Source: Tubulanus polymorphus
Taxonomy: Eukaryota > Animalia > Nemertea
NCBI RefSeq assembly: GCF_964204645.1
Contig: NC_134026.1
Location: forward strand, 7,153,950 to 7,217,949
Length of the DNA: 64,000 nt
Reading direction: 5' to 3'
Shown here: in pieces, positions 13,369 to 26,263 of the stretch
How the letters are laid out: every line of letters begins with the position of its first letter
Numbering within the stretch: the stretch's first letter is position 1
Translations under genes and position numbers: made by a program
Notes under the pieces: generated by a model
What the model saw: only the letters and a program-made list of their open reading frames with translations
The model's database searches: none
What the model was told of the DNA's origin: nothing

Positions 13369-13924
13369 ACCTGTTCATCTATCATTCCCTCTAATCAAAC
13401 GCGTGTCAAATTGAATCAGTTCCATTTTTCCGCCTCTCTCGTCACTTTTTAAATGGCGATGTTTTATTTCTGGTGTAAATTGGTTTCACTTGAAATGTAC
13501 TTTTACGAAGGAAATATGAGGTCAATTTCTCAGAATATATTCACAGCCTCGTTGCGAGAAGCTTTTTGTTATTGTTTCGAGATCTTTTTTGAAAAAAATC
13601 TGACAACCGAAATCGTATTGCAGGAGTTTTTGTGTTATATATTTTTAAATGTACTTTTTAGTATTATTGGTGAAGCCCAAGTTGATTAAAAAGAAAAGTT
13701 AGTCCATTTTTGAAATATATCAGGCTTTACAATATATACGATTTTCATACGTACACATCATTGGATACCCCAGTTTTCCTTTTATGATGCAGAAGCCTTT
13801 TATGATCAAGTCGAAACGTTGAATGAATTATCAGCTCAAGGAAACTGCACTGTTTTTATCCTTAGCGCCCGGAGGATTTATGCAACACGGGTACAGGGCG
13901 TTTCAACGATAGTCTCCAAAGTAG

Positions 13925-13968
13925 TATTCCTGAAGATGACTGTAAGGATAAAGTCGAAACATCGAATT
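13925..13968 (+). ncRNA. Minimal hammerhead-ribozyme-like motif (Penelope type)
   Basis: ATTC-CTGAAGA-T-GACT-gtaaggataa-AGTC-GAAA-CATC-GAAT: CUGANGA and GAAA cores, 4-bp stem II, 4-bp stem I. Stem III is ACAT rather than palindromic ACGT. A decayed sister copy lies at ~13785-13845. Confidence 0.55.
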
Positions 13969-14491
13969 AACCGCTAGCTCAAGGAAAACATTTCAGACAG
14001 TTTTTTTTTGAGATTATAGATTTTCAGTCTCTTATCGCAGTACGGGTAATGATGATAAAAGCTGGCCGATATTTCAGGAGTAGCGTTGAGGATCGTTTTT
14101 TATTGTTGTTTACAGGTTACCCTTAAATGTATTACTTCCATTAAATGGTGTCATAAATAACGCGATGAATTGCGACGCGGAAGACTAGAGCGAGCGCGGT
14201 GGCTATTACTGTTTGCGGGCCGTAAAACCGATTCGTTCGGTGATAAACGTAGACCGGCCAACAGCAGTAATTCTTTGTCAATATTTACACGTTCGCGGAT
14301 AGCGATGCGGTTATCGTCGGAACAGGTGTGTAGAGTTATAGCCTGAAATAAACAAACCATCCATATCCACTAAACGCCGCATCATCGCTTGTAAAGGTGA
14401 GATTCTAACCACTGACCACAGTTCAATATGTCTAAGCTACGCACAATCATCGTGATTGCTAGTTTTAGGTCTAAGTGAATAGAGCGTATTT

Positions 14492-14637
14492 TACGGAAGT
14501 CCGTTGGTGACATACGAGATAATTTTTTTCAAAATTTCGAACATTTATGTCGAATTTCGACATAATAAGTCGAGATTCGACATGATATGTCGACATTATG
14601 AACAAATTATCTCGTATGTCACCTAGGGGCTTCCGTA
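14492..14637. mobile_element. MITE with ~31-bp TIRs and probable 6-bp TSD
   Basis: TIRs TACGGAAGTCCGTTGGTGACATACGAGATAAT / ATTATCTCGTATGTCACCTAGGGGCTTCCGTA; flanks GTATTT / GTATTC; internal TCGACAT repeats. Confidence 0.75.
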
Positions 14638-16346
14638 GTATTCCCCGTCTCACGCGACGACCTTATTTTGTAGATATTGGGTGAACATTTTCACCTTGAC
14701 ATAAGTGGACCGGAGCGAGCCACAGGGGCGGATTCAAGGAGGGTGCAGGGGGTGCACATCCCCCTAAAAATGTCAAATGCCCCGAAAATTCACGGGAAAA
14801 TGAAAAATAGTACCTGCACAATTTAGATTCATAAGCTTGTTCTTTGATTTACAAAAGTTTATGTTTCATATGTCATTATATGATATGCCCTATTTTGGGG
14901 ATGCACCCCTCAAATTTTCAACAGAAATCAATTTTAGGGCATTCTGTGAAGAGAAAAGATGAGAAAAATTCGGATTTGGATTTAATTTTCAAAATTTTTT
15001 CGAACACAGGATATACAACAATTAAAAACAGTTTACACTTCAGATTTTACGAGGCGAACTCGTTTTAAAATCACGGCAATCAATCTTACTTATATTTTGT
15101 CTCGCGCTGCGCGACTCTCTTATCGTCTGCACGTGTGGCGTGCATTTATATATTCGCGGATGTTATCTGTATCACGTCACTAGATGCAAATCCCGGAAGA
15201 ACGGAAAAATGACGCTAGGGTAATAAACAAGCAACACAGTCGACCATATTTCTTGTAATTTAGTTTTTGAGACACCGGTTCGTGTTCACCTCCGCTGAGG
15301 CTTGTTACAATCTATCTAGTCCCATAGCATGTTCGTACACTATTTGTCTTTTTAAAGTTAGCAAAAACTTTTCGTCTCTCGTCGGAGGCAAGTAATACAT
15401 AAATCAATTAAGTCAATGTTAGTGTTAATAGGAGCGGTGACAATGCATTTTGATAAGGGGGAAGAAAGGAATAACACATATCTTAACAGACAAACTTTTC
15501 CTTATAATGTCATTATTTTTGAAACGCACAGATGACGAAGCCAAGAGAAACAGTCAAAACTTCGTCGTCTAAATTTTTAACTCTTAGCTTTCAGTCTTCT
15601 GGAACTTCGTTTAAAATGTGAATTTACTTTGGTTTTTGAATATCTTTCACATTTTACCGAACACGTTCATTCTTTTTAAATGTCCGCGATAGAAAACTGA
15701 TCATAAAGTCGAACCGTTCGTTCACCTCAGGGGTAGACATAAAACACGTGTGTTATAAGTCACACTGAATGCAAGACACACGAAAATCTATACAAAACAT
15801 TTATCTTTTCTCCAAATTATGTCGATTCCGTAAATTGTGTCGCGGACGACGAATGTTTCGGGCAATTTTTCCTTCCGTTTTCGCGTCGATGACATTCAGA
15901 CGAATATATAATGTTTTTTTCTCACAGGGACGAGTTTATCGACTATAGATTATGAGAGATACGAGTCTCTTCAGTTGTGCATCGACAAATAAATGGCTTA
16001 AGTACATAGAATCGATAGAAGTCGTTGGAAAACCTGTCCTAGCTTCGTTAGTATCGCGATTCAAGTACGATATTCAACACATGGCTTTCAGACGATTCGT
16101 TTTGTATGCGTTCGATTTCTGCTTCTTCGTTTTCCCGTGCGGCATTTACCGTAAGTGCCGGTCATTTGCTGAGAACAATTCCACTAAAAATTCCTGATCA
16201 TCCAGTATAAACGGACTCCGATAACGGCTGTCTAGACGATCACGTTCCCGTCAAAACACGTTGGAGACATTGTACGTAGCCTACGCGGGATTACAGTGCA
16301 TCAAACTGGACGTCAAGCGCAAGCGACTTAACGGGAACCAGCTAGA

Positions 16347-16627
16347 CAGGCCCGTATCCAGGGGGGATGCGTTGGGTGTGAACGCACCTCCCCACAAGAT
16401 CCCAAGTTCCACTTTTTCGGTCTATGAAAATTTTCAATGACTTTGTTATATGAAATATTCTCTTACATTGACTAAAAATGCATCTAAAACGCTCAAAATT
16501 TTCTTGGGAGAGGACCCCAAACCCCTCGCAGGCTTCACACCGACAGCGCTCGCAATCACCAGCGCCACCATCAAATAGGTTCCACCTCATCTAAATTCGC
16601 ACCCTGCATAGGCTGCATACGGGCCTG
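16347..16627. mobile_element. hAT-like MITE
   Basis: TIRs CAGGCCCGTATCCAG / CTGCATACGGGCCTG (14/15 match); flanks CTAGA / CTAGG, probably a 5-bp TSD. Confidence 0.75.
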
Positions 16628-17673
16628 CTAGGTCCAAGGCTTAGATATTTAAGATGAGTTATCCGGGACCAGTTTTATAGACTGTTATTAAATCTAACTT
16701 CAGTGGCGCTAACTCAGTTGAAATTGTTAACACCAGTCTACACAACCGGCCCCTGAATTCTAAAACCGACCTCACAACTTAAGACTGATTCAAACTTATA
16801 ATGGTTCTTTAGCTCATCTAACGCCTCAAGACCAGTAAGCATATTTGGGTTCTTAAGCTAATCTAACGACTTAAGACCAGTCTAAGCTGATTTTGGTTCT
16901 TAAGCTAATATAACGACTTAAGACCATGCTTATGAATTAACACAATTTTTTCAAAATTCTCATGTCACTTGGTGTTAACGGCCCGAAGGCCAATTTGACA
17001 CTAATATACGCATGGCCAGTAAAAACAAACAACATAACATTTTGCTTTGTTTCAGCGCGATTGATAAACAGTTTCGGATTTATAGGGACTACCCTAAAAG
17101 TTTTTCCTGACAGAAACATACGTGCGTTTGGTGATTAACTGGCTGATCTTACGCCATCGATATGACACTGAACGATGCACATGCCGCGATGTAAACTGCC
17201 GTGATTAGTAGTGATTTTACTAGTAGATTCCCGATCCTAAATCTTCCGTCGATCGGAAAGCGAAGCGGCATTTAGAGTTTGCGAGGTTTAATATGGCATT
17301 GATTAATGGTAGCTTTGGTTTTATGATATTCCAAGGGTATTCATACGAGCAGCTTATGGTGATGTGACGGGTTGGGTCTATCTCGATACTGATTTACTGA
17401 ACATAAACTCTTAAAGGGGCACACATACTGTTCTCGTCGAATTTCTATACTTTATCAGATTGTGACTGTTGTCTGTTTGAACCGTGTTTGCGTAATTCTG
17501 CATAATATTGCGTCATGTATTCGCCGACGTTGTTAATGCTAAACATGGTAAATGTGATGACGTCATTATTTCTAGTGCGCGACATACGGCTACGTATTAT
17601 GCACACATAATCATACACTAAGAGATCCCACACTAAGAATACAAATATTCCACGTTTTCTTTGGAGTTCGTTT

Positions 17674-17784
17674 TATTTCAACGTTTCCACTATCCTAATG
17701 GTCATCTTCAGGAATACTGTATTCCTTGAGCTAGAAGTTTATTCTACGTTTCGACTTAATGCTAAAGGTCATCTTCGGGAATAC
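17674..17784 (-). mobile_element. Tandem pair of decayed Penelope-type hammerhead motifs
   Basis: The minus strand reads TATTC-CCGAAGA-T-GAC..GTC-GAAA-CGTA-GAATA, then TATTC-CTGAAGA-T-GAC..GTG-GAAA-CGTT-GAAATA. Each copy has one lesion, in the core or in stem II. Confidence 0.55.
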
Positions 17785-20700
17785 AAATGTTGTGACAAAA
17801 ATAATGAGATGTACGCCTGTCAGTCCAGAACAAAGAGTGTTTCATTAATGGTTATCATGCTAATCATACGGCTAAATCTTAGCACGAAATGCACGTATAT
17901 TGCATATCGTCTTTCTGATATTGCATGTCGTTTAAATGTCCGATATCGTGATGATTTCGTTCGGTAAGTCGGTAAGTCATGGTTAATTAGCTGGTTTAAT
18001 CAATCGGAATTAATGAGATGATTTATCATCTGACGAAGCTTGACCGGTTCGATTTGACCTGCGACTGCGGCACACAGAAACCAGTAGCTTACCACGCGAC
18101 CAAGATTAGATATTCTGAAGTGAACTGTTAATATCGGTAAATAGCGTCACGAATTAAGAGAAGCGATAGTCTGCGTATAATTGAATTTTGATTCCCATTT
18201 GGTTTTTTACATCTGAAATTTCTTTAATTAGCGGAAGTTGTTATTCCTATCCATCTGCAATCGAATTTGTATTACGTTTTGATGACTGCACTAGTTAAAC
18301 ACTTGCTTCCAGCGGGGGAGTGTATACACTTCCCTGTTTCCAGGGATTTCCGCTGTGCCTGGGTTAGAACTCTTGATGGAACTATAATTCCACATTGTCA
18401 GCGGGCTTAAATTGACTCTGGGGATATAGGATTAAAACTTGATCTATTTGAACTAGAAGAATTGTTCAACTTCGACAAAAACTTCTGGAAATGGTTTCTA
18501 CAAGTGCTAGTTCCACGAAATCGAATTTTTTGTTCATCTGCTACTGGGAACTTCATGTCTTCCGTGACGACAACAACTCAAACCTAACCGCTTCAAGCTG
18601 AAACTTTTCCATTTTCCCAGTAGAAGAAATAAACCAAGGCCTTTTTTTAATAACTTGGAGTACGGTTTCCGCCTCCCAAAATTCTACCATAATCCCTCCC
18701 ACTTTTTTCTTGAAAAAATCCGTACTTGGGCCTTTTTAACAGTAAAAAAAGGCCTTATGATCTTCCGTCAACTCTGCATTATGCACAGCGTTACGAGTTT
18801 GCAAAGAGAATGACGCTTTACGAAAATAACATCATTATCATCGTTATTCATAAAACTGGGCTCTGAAGTCACATCTCCAAGAGAATCTAGTTTGTCAGTG
18901 CACTCTTTTTAAACGTTGTCACTCAACAAATTAGAACCATCTGATGATCCATAAAACCGACACAAAACAGGAAAACAAAATCGATGTCAGAGCGCGCGAC
19001 GTTGACAATATTGATGATTGAAATATATATGTATATAATTAGAGCCGGGGAGGTGGCTGTGTGGGGTAAATGGATTTAGTGGACGTTCTTCTACCGTCTG
19101 GGGCAATCTGTCTCTGCCATATTCGCCTATGCAAGTCACATACTGATGCAGATATATGAATACGGACAACTTCCCCCGTGGAAGTAATAGAGCAATGATG
19201 CCCTGTTTTAACAAACTACCTCATGTCACCGATCATCATACCTTTGACAGTTGCTATTTGTTTATCTATACGGCTAGAACTGCTGAAATCCAGCGCGCGT
19301 CGACGACGACTGCTTTTTAATCGGGTAATTTCAGATGTATTATTATAAGGCTAATAGACAAAACGATTAGTGCACCATCAGAATCCTATTTATGCGCATT
19401 TGACAAATGAGATGATTTTCTATTCGTATGTTGACTTCATTAACGTTTCGACTGTTTGACTATTTGCACTGAAGCTCTCAGTTTCAAAAAATCGTTTGCG
19501 CTGGTGATACTGGAGAGGGCCGAGATAGCTCCTCGTGTTGCTAACGGGTCTGGGGCAACTTGGCGCGACACATTCGCGGAATCAAGACTTTAATCACATC
19601 TTGGAGTAATCAGACTGAATACTCCATGATCGCATGAAACACAATGTATCCGTTTAATACCATTAACAATTTTGTAATTCAAGTCTAATTGAAAATTGAT
19701 GGTAGAATATAGGCCGTCTGACGTGGGAATTTATGATAAGATTAAGACCCGCACACATTTAAAAACACCTGACGATCTCTAGAAAATTCAAAAGATACCA
19801 CGTTTTGAACTCTCACCAGAGACCATCGTCAGGTGTGAAAAAATACATAAATGGTCCCTAGAGAAATTGTTCGTAATTTTGTGTCACTCGATTTCAATAC
19901 TCTGAATAATAAATCAAGTTTTTATCGTTCAATCAGTACGTAATAGGTTTTAATCTCATTCAACGAAAATTTATTTTCAAAATTGACGAATATGAAAGGC
20001 TCGTTTGAAGATTTTAATTAATACAGATTCAAATCGTCGCAATGAACAGAAAACTTCAACAAAAAAAACGTTAATGCTGCTTCTGCTTTATTGAACACGT
20101 TGAACCTCATTGCGAAATTACAACTAAGCCCCAGAGATCCGGGAACTAACGATGCTTTGATATATTCAATATTTTGAAAACGCTTTGATGATCGAAATAG
20201 TTCTAAAGATTATAATCCCTACTCGATGTTAGCATTTTCTGGTAACAACCATCGTATTTTTACTGCGACCTTGAAGTCTTTAGATTCTGCCTCTTACAGT
20301 GTTTAGGAAAATGAACCCGATAAAGGTCATGGATAGAATGGATATTTGATTGTATCTAAACCAAGCTCAAACAGTTCGTTTTTACTTTTTCCAACCAAGG
20401 TGTAGACATCGTATAACACTGTGATGATAATTTTATGTGAACTCAATCTGTGAGATCGTTTTCAGATCGAGACGGCAAACAAACCTCCCACAGACCGCTC
20501 ATGCGCATCTATAGATAGACCAAATACGTCGGATTTGGGTTGTTCTGGTACGAACCATTTTAGGCATGTGCGGCAAAGGTCACGTTTAGGTGGTGGCGTC
20601 GCTCTTTCGCTGTCCTGTATACGAGAATGATATAATGAGTAGAATGTATTTTTTTCCTAGGAGATTTGAGTCGATTAATTATTAGCTTGAATGCGCGGAC

Positions 20701-21718
20701 CAATCAGTAGTCAGTTATGCGGATTTGTTCATAGTTTTGGGGAGAATTTTGCAATGAGAAATGATGGCGTTTTTGTAACGGGTTCGAGTTCGGGGTAAAT
20801 GTACGAACTAACCTGATGATCAGAGGTTTGAAATTAATGGTCGGTTTGGAGAGTAAGGCTCCAGATAGAACGATATTCTGGGTTAATTAAGACAAATTCG
20901 TGACGTTTGAATTGCTGAAGTTCCGTAATTGGTGCATAATTAAATGCAACGGTTTCAGAAACGCCACAAGCGATTAGCGCAGGCTCGCACTACAGGTACT
21001 GCTATCCAAATCCCTTACCACCAGTAAACTGTTCTTGAACTTTCAACCTCTGTCGCATATAAGTTTTATATTCCACGTGACAAATTCCTCGATTCTACCC
21101 ATAAACTTTATTGACACTAATTAGATCAGGGACGAATTTGATCGAGAATTGACTTTCGTTGGAATTGCACTTGTTCGATTCGTCATATACTGACAAAAAT
21201 CCATTTCAACAAAGACAAAAATACAGAATATTGGATCCAGTTCCGCTGCTGATTAAGTTTGACTCGTAAGTTCGAAGTTAAGTTTAGCGTGAATTTGTTT
21301 TCATTTAATTCTGAGAGTAGAATTTTAACGCGTGAACTAGTGAAATCGGGTCTTGCAGCGCGTGCTTGGTCTCGGCGGATCGGATTCAAAGGGAATTTCA
21401 TGTTTGATCCCTTCTCAAACACTCAGAAAATAATTTTTCCATCAATCAAATAGATTTTCTCCATCAAAACTGTGAATGATGCGAATTTAAATAGTTATTT
21501 TTCATTGTGACTCTCGTGATCTCGCAGATTCTGCGGTGGGAGAGTTACTATTTGTTTCGCGCAAACATTACTGAGTTTGAAGAATGTTTAGCAGCCCGGG
21601 GCCAAAAATCTATTTGATCCTATGTTTAACGATTCAAATAAACTCTTTGTATAGAACGAGAAGAAAATGCGTGAAAATCTAGAAAAATCATTACACGGAA
21701 ACCTGCGATGAAGTATTT

Positions 21719-21900
21719 TTGTCAATGACTTAGATTTTGAGTAAAATTATAACTTAATTAATAAAACAATGCAGACAGTTATTTGGATATACTTACATAT
21801 TTGTGTTGATTAAATATCTTTGTCAACGACTATGATTTTCAGCGAAATCATAACCTAATTAATAAAGCTATACAGACAACTATTTGGATACGTTTGTGTT
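21719..21900. repeat. Diverged tandem duplication, period ~101 bp
   Basis: TTGTCAA.GACT..GATTTT.AG..AAAT.ATAAC.TAATTAATAAA....CAGACA..TATTTGGATA occurs twice. Confidence 0.75.
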
Positions 21901-24900
21901 GGTGGCTCAGTTGAATCGATGATGGATCGAATTGTCTGGTAATGTTTCACGACGCGTCAGTGACAAATAACGAACAAATCTGTGTAACGACACACTGCGT
22001 ATAAAATCGGGTGTCGTTTCGTCGGTTCATTAGCCGCGGTTAAACTGTTTGTTTTCAATATCAATCAACCGCGCATTGATTTCGCGTTCATATTCAGTTA
22101 ATGAATATACCGTCAAATGGTACGGTTTAACCCAGTGCCCGAGTTTACTGTCAACGACAACGTCTGACAGAGAAAAAGAAATCTAAGACCCAGAAAGGCT
22201 CAAACTTTATTCTAACTCCAGGCTCGAAACTTTATGCTGATAACTCTATGGAACTGCGTCCTGAGTTAGATTTTTGATTGAGTTAGAAATCAATTTGATC
22301 TCAATTTCCTTAGAAAGTCAGTAAGAATATGGAACTAGGCTGGATCCAGTTCCACTGGGAGTTTAGCTAACTCTCTCTCTCATTTAAAATCGGTTCATTT
22401 TCAATGAGTTTGAACACTTGGGTCAAACTGACAACTGCGGAACTGGCAACATTGTTACTGACCAGATAGATCGTCCTTAGTTTGTAAACAAAACCAAAAT
22501 GAGCTTAACCTTAATTCTGAAAATTGTACTACGTATACCCATATGTTTGTATACTCAAAAAATATTCCTGTAAATTTTACTTATTGTTTATTTCAGTGAT
22601 GCATACCCGAATGTTTTTATTGTAAAATTTTAGTCAATAAAGTTCCATTGTATTGTATCGTAATGTATTTCATCCTAGAAACCAGGACACCGGATGCAGA
22701 GTGGTTTCCTGTCAAAGCATATACATCCTCGGGAAGGTTATCACAACGTTGGTTCTGACGTCTCTGGTCATCTCACGTCGATTTCCGGCGAGCAATCAAA
22801 AATATGAGACATTTTACGAGCGCAATCTTTAAAACTTGCGGCGTATCTTGACGACACTAATAACACACCGAATTAGCTCATCACCGTCAGCGTCGCTAGC
22901 TCGCAGTGACGTTAGCAGTTGAATTGTCAATTCTTTATCAGAATTAACTGATGAAAACTAGAAGCTATTCAACTATTCCCAACGCAATCTCCAGCAGTTT
23001 TATTAATGATGTATTTTTCGATGCCGTTAGAGAACGTTCTATGTGATCATATGCTAATGAAAGAACGGAAACAAACACTAGACCCGGTTCCACAATTCGA
23101 CGATAAGAACTAGTTCCAATTTCAAATGCAGCTCGTAACAGTGAAAGAGGGAGGACCCTTGGCCGAGTACCAACAGTTTATCGAACTTGTTGAATTCGCA
23201 ATAAGCTCATTTCAAATTATCTCAATTACATATTCATAATATAAATAATAATGAGGATTCATTTTCTTGATAAAGAAATCTCTGCAGTTTACATGAGATG
23301 AGAAAAAGATCAACAATTTAATCATCGGTGAATTTCGAACTTCACAACTGTGGGACTGGGTTCTGAATTAAGTCATGAAAATAATGTAGTGTCGGGAATT
23401 CCTCATGAGATTTCTGACAAATGTTGTCTCCGAATATACCAATCACCTAATGTTCGAATTGAGAATTGAGTTAAGACGTCAGTCCAAAACCGATCGATGT
23501 TTGTCCGGAGTCGGGAGCCGACGCAATACATTCCTCTGTTTAGACAACATAGAAATGGTTATTCCTCGTTAAAAATGACGGTGATATAGTTTTCTGCGAG
23601 GAGAGATAATCATTAAGATATCCAGGTTGATTTATAGATAAGATTCCGATCGAAGTTTCATCATAGAACATGTTTCACAAATACGCATTTGTCTCTATTA
23701 GACGCCGGATTTAGCGCTAGATTTACATTTATTCCGTCGTTTATTCAGTGTTGTCCTAGCCACAGACAGTTTTACGAGCTCACTCCTGGTTTATTACACC
23801 CTAAATATTGTAGTTTAAGTTTTATAAATTGCTCGTTGCTTCGATGGTACGACGCTAGTTTTCTTGTGATGAGGTTCGCGGTGGTCAGCCACGTGACCGC
23901 TTCCCTCTCGCATAGCGACAATTCAAAACCGATTAATGCGCAAACAAATCGATATGCAAATTCACTACGATATGTAAATCGACATCTATAGATAGACCTG
24001 TATATAACAGTTGATTTAAGAAGTATGTAGCTAAGGTCATCAAGGTCACCGAGAAGAAAAAGGGCAGACGCAAACTGAAGAAGTATTCATGAAAAACAAG
24101 ATGTATTATTCATAACATATATTACTCCTGAGTGTCACAAGTTCAGATTTATTAACAGCGAAGATTTTGTATCTTACGTACTTGTTCTCAGAGCGACAAG
24201 AACTCGGATCGTTCTGGAAGTGGTTCTCCAGTTCTGGAACCAGTGCTCAAGTTCACTGGAGCCGGTCACACAAAAGTTGGTTGAATCTGACCATCGGATA
24301 AAGACCATATATGGTGACAAAGCAGTAGACCCTAACTGTAGTTAGAGAACAATCATACAATAAAATTAGACAGTTCTAATTGTCATTATACTAATGTAAT
24401 TTATTTATTTTTATCAGATTTTAGCACTTTTGGAAGTTTGGGGTTCACAAGTTAAACACAGGATAAGTTCTTTACTTTTTATCAAATTCTGAACAGCATT
24501 TTTCGCATCAGCGATGTTTTTTGCCTCCTTACTACAATCGGTAAAGCGTTAATTAAAACGTTGAACGTACGGAGAATTACAACGCGTTCAACACATGATT
24601 AACTGCTATAAAACAACAGGAGATTTTCCCAGTGTGTGTGTGTGTGTATGAGATTAATATTCACCTGGGGGAACATTTCAACCTCTATCATAATTAATGA
24701 ATCCGCGCTGATACTGATAATACCTGTATCATAACGCACGTTGCACAATGGCCGTCTGTATAAGACACGACGTTTCGGAATAGAATCCTGACAATGGTTT
24801 CATTAATAGGAATTCTAACAGGTTCTTACGAGTGATTCTTTGATCCAAGACCCAAATCAAATCGTTGAGAAGGAGAAGAGGAAAAACTTGCCAGAAACGA

Positions 24901-26085
24901 AGATGATCAGCAATAATTTGTGGGAATGTTGTTTTCTTAAAACATAGGCCCTGTGCCACCTGCGCCTGCTAAAATCCACCCCTGCCGCGGGACAAACATG
25001 CGTAAAAATGATAGTTTATAATATGAATTACAATATTTTTCTCCATATAGGATAATATCAATCGTATTTCAGGTCGCAATGAAATTCATACAGCCCTGTG
25101 TCCAGGTACGGATCCAGGAAAAGGGAACTGTAAAATTCATCAAAATGTTTTGGGTGCCCTTTTTCATTTTGTCAACAAGGATGTATCTCGATGCTAGTTT
25201 TGAGCAACAAACTGCCCTTTTTGCGCTTGAAAGATACTTCGAAATTAGCCCTTCAGTACAGGGCTTCAAGTGCCAAATTTGGTGTATGACAAGTCCTTCA
25301 AAATTGGCCTCTGTATCCCGCCCTTGTGGCAATCTTATGTGACCAGTGATTCTGCTAGCAAAAACTATTCAACCACGCATTTCTATTTACTCGATCGCGT
25401 ACAACTGGAGGGATCACGCGTGTACCGAGCGAGGAAGATTCATTCACAAGCGATCAGATAGTTCGATAATCGTTTCGATCCCGCTGCCCTCTCCCACTCT
25501 ACCATCACTCTAACCCGCTCATCCTCTCACTCGCTTCATTACTGCACTAAATCATCGACGAATTTTTGTAACACGTTCTTCTTCGGTGTTTATCGTAAAA
25601 CGGGAAACTTCCCGAACCGACCGATCAAATCGATAAGACAAGAAGAAAACTATTACTGCTTTTGCGAATTAAATTTACTTCCAATCGCGAACACCGAAGC
25701 GTGACTTTCGTGTTCGTTCGATCGCGCGTAAATCGCGTTTTTATTTCGCAGACGTTTCGCACGAGAAAACAACAAGAATTTACTTATACCAGACGATACC
25801 CGATATCAGTCGAAACAACATGTACCAAACTTATTCCACTATTTCGGGACTTCGGAATTGTTTTTACTGTTGTCTTTTCATCTGCGGTGAGAAGAGTTGT
25901 TGAGGAGCCGTGTTGCTAACCAGCTGTTATTGTGAAAACGTGAAAACAGGTAGTACTGTGGAGGTTAACTGATTTTATTTGAAATCAAACGCTATCGTTA
26001 CGAGAGCGTAGTAAAACTCTAGTCACTCTGCGCTGTAGTAGCGAAAACTCGTACTTTTGCTAAAATCAAGATTAACCCACGATGA

Positions 26086-26263
26086 TATAGAGAGAATCCC
26101 ACAATGATGACGAAAAACTAAGTCCGAAAATGTTTCCTAGAACTTATTCTATTAGTCATCTTCGAGAATATCGGAAATATAGTCGAAACGTCGAATGAAC
26201 CACTAGCTCTAGGAAACATTTTCGGACTTTGTTTTTCGTCATTATTGTGGGATTCTCTCTATC
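26086..26263. mobile_element. Palindromic Penelope-like repeat with centrally deleted hammerheads
   Basis: Arms AGAGAGAATCCCACAATGATGACGAAAAACTAAGTCCGAAAATGTTTCCTAGA / TCTAGGAAACATTTTCGGACTTTGTTTTTCGTCATTATTGTGGGATTCTCTCT. The centre retains GTCATCTTC (minus-strand core remnant) and AGTCGAAACGTCGAAT. Confidence 0.65.

Noticed and set aside
18635-18757. AAGGCCTTTTTTTA inverted termini
   Set aside because: Low-complexity TIR with no target duplication and no second copy in the window.
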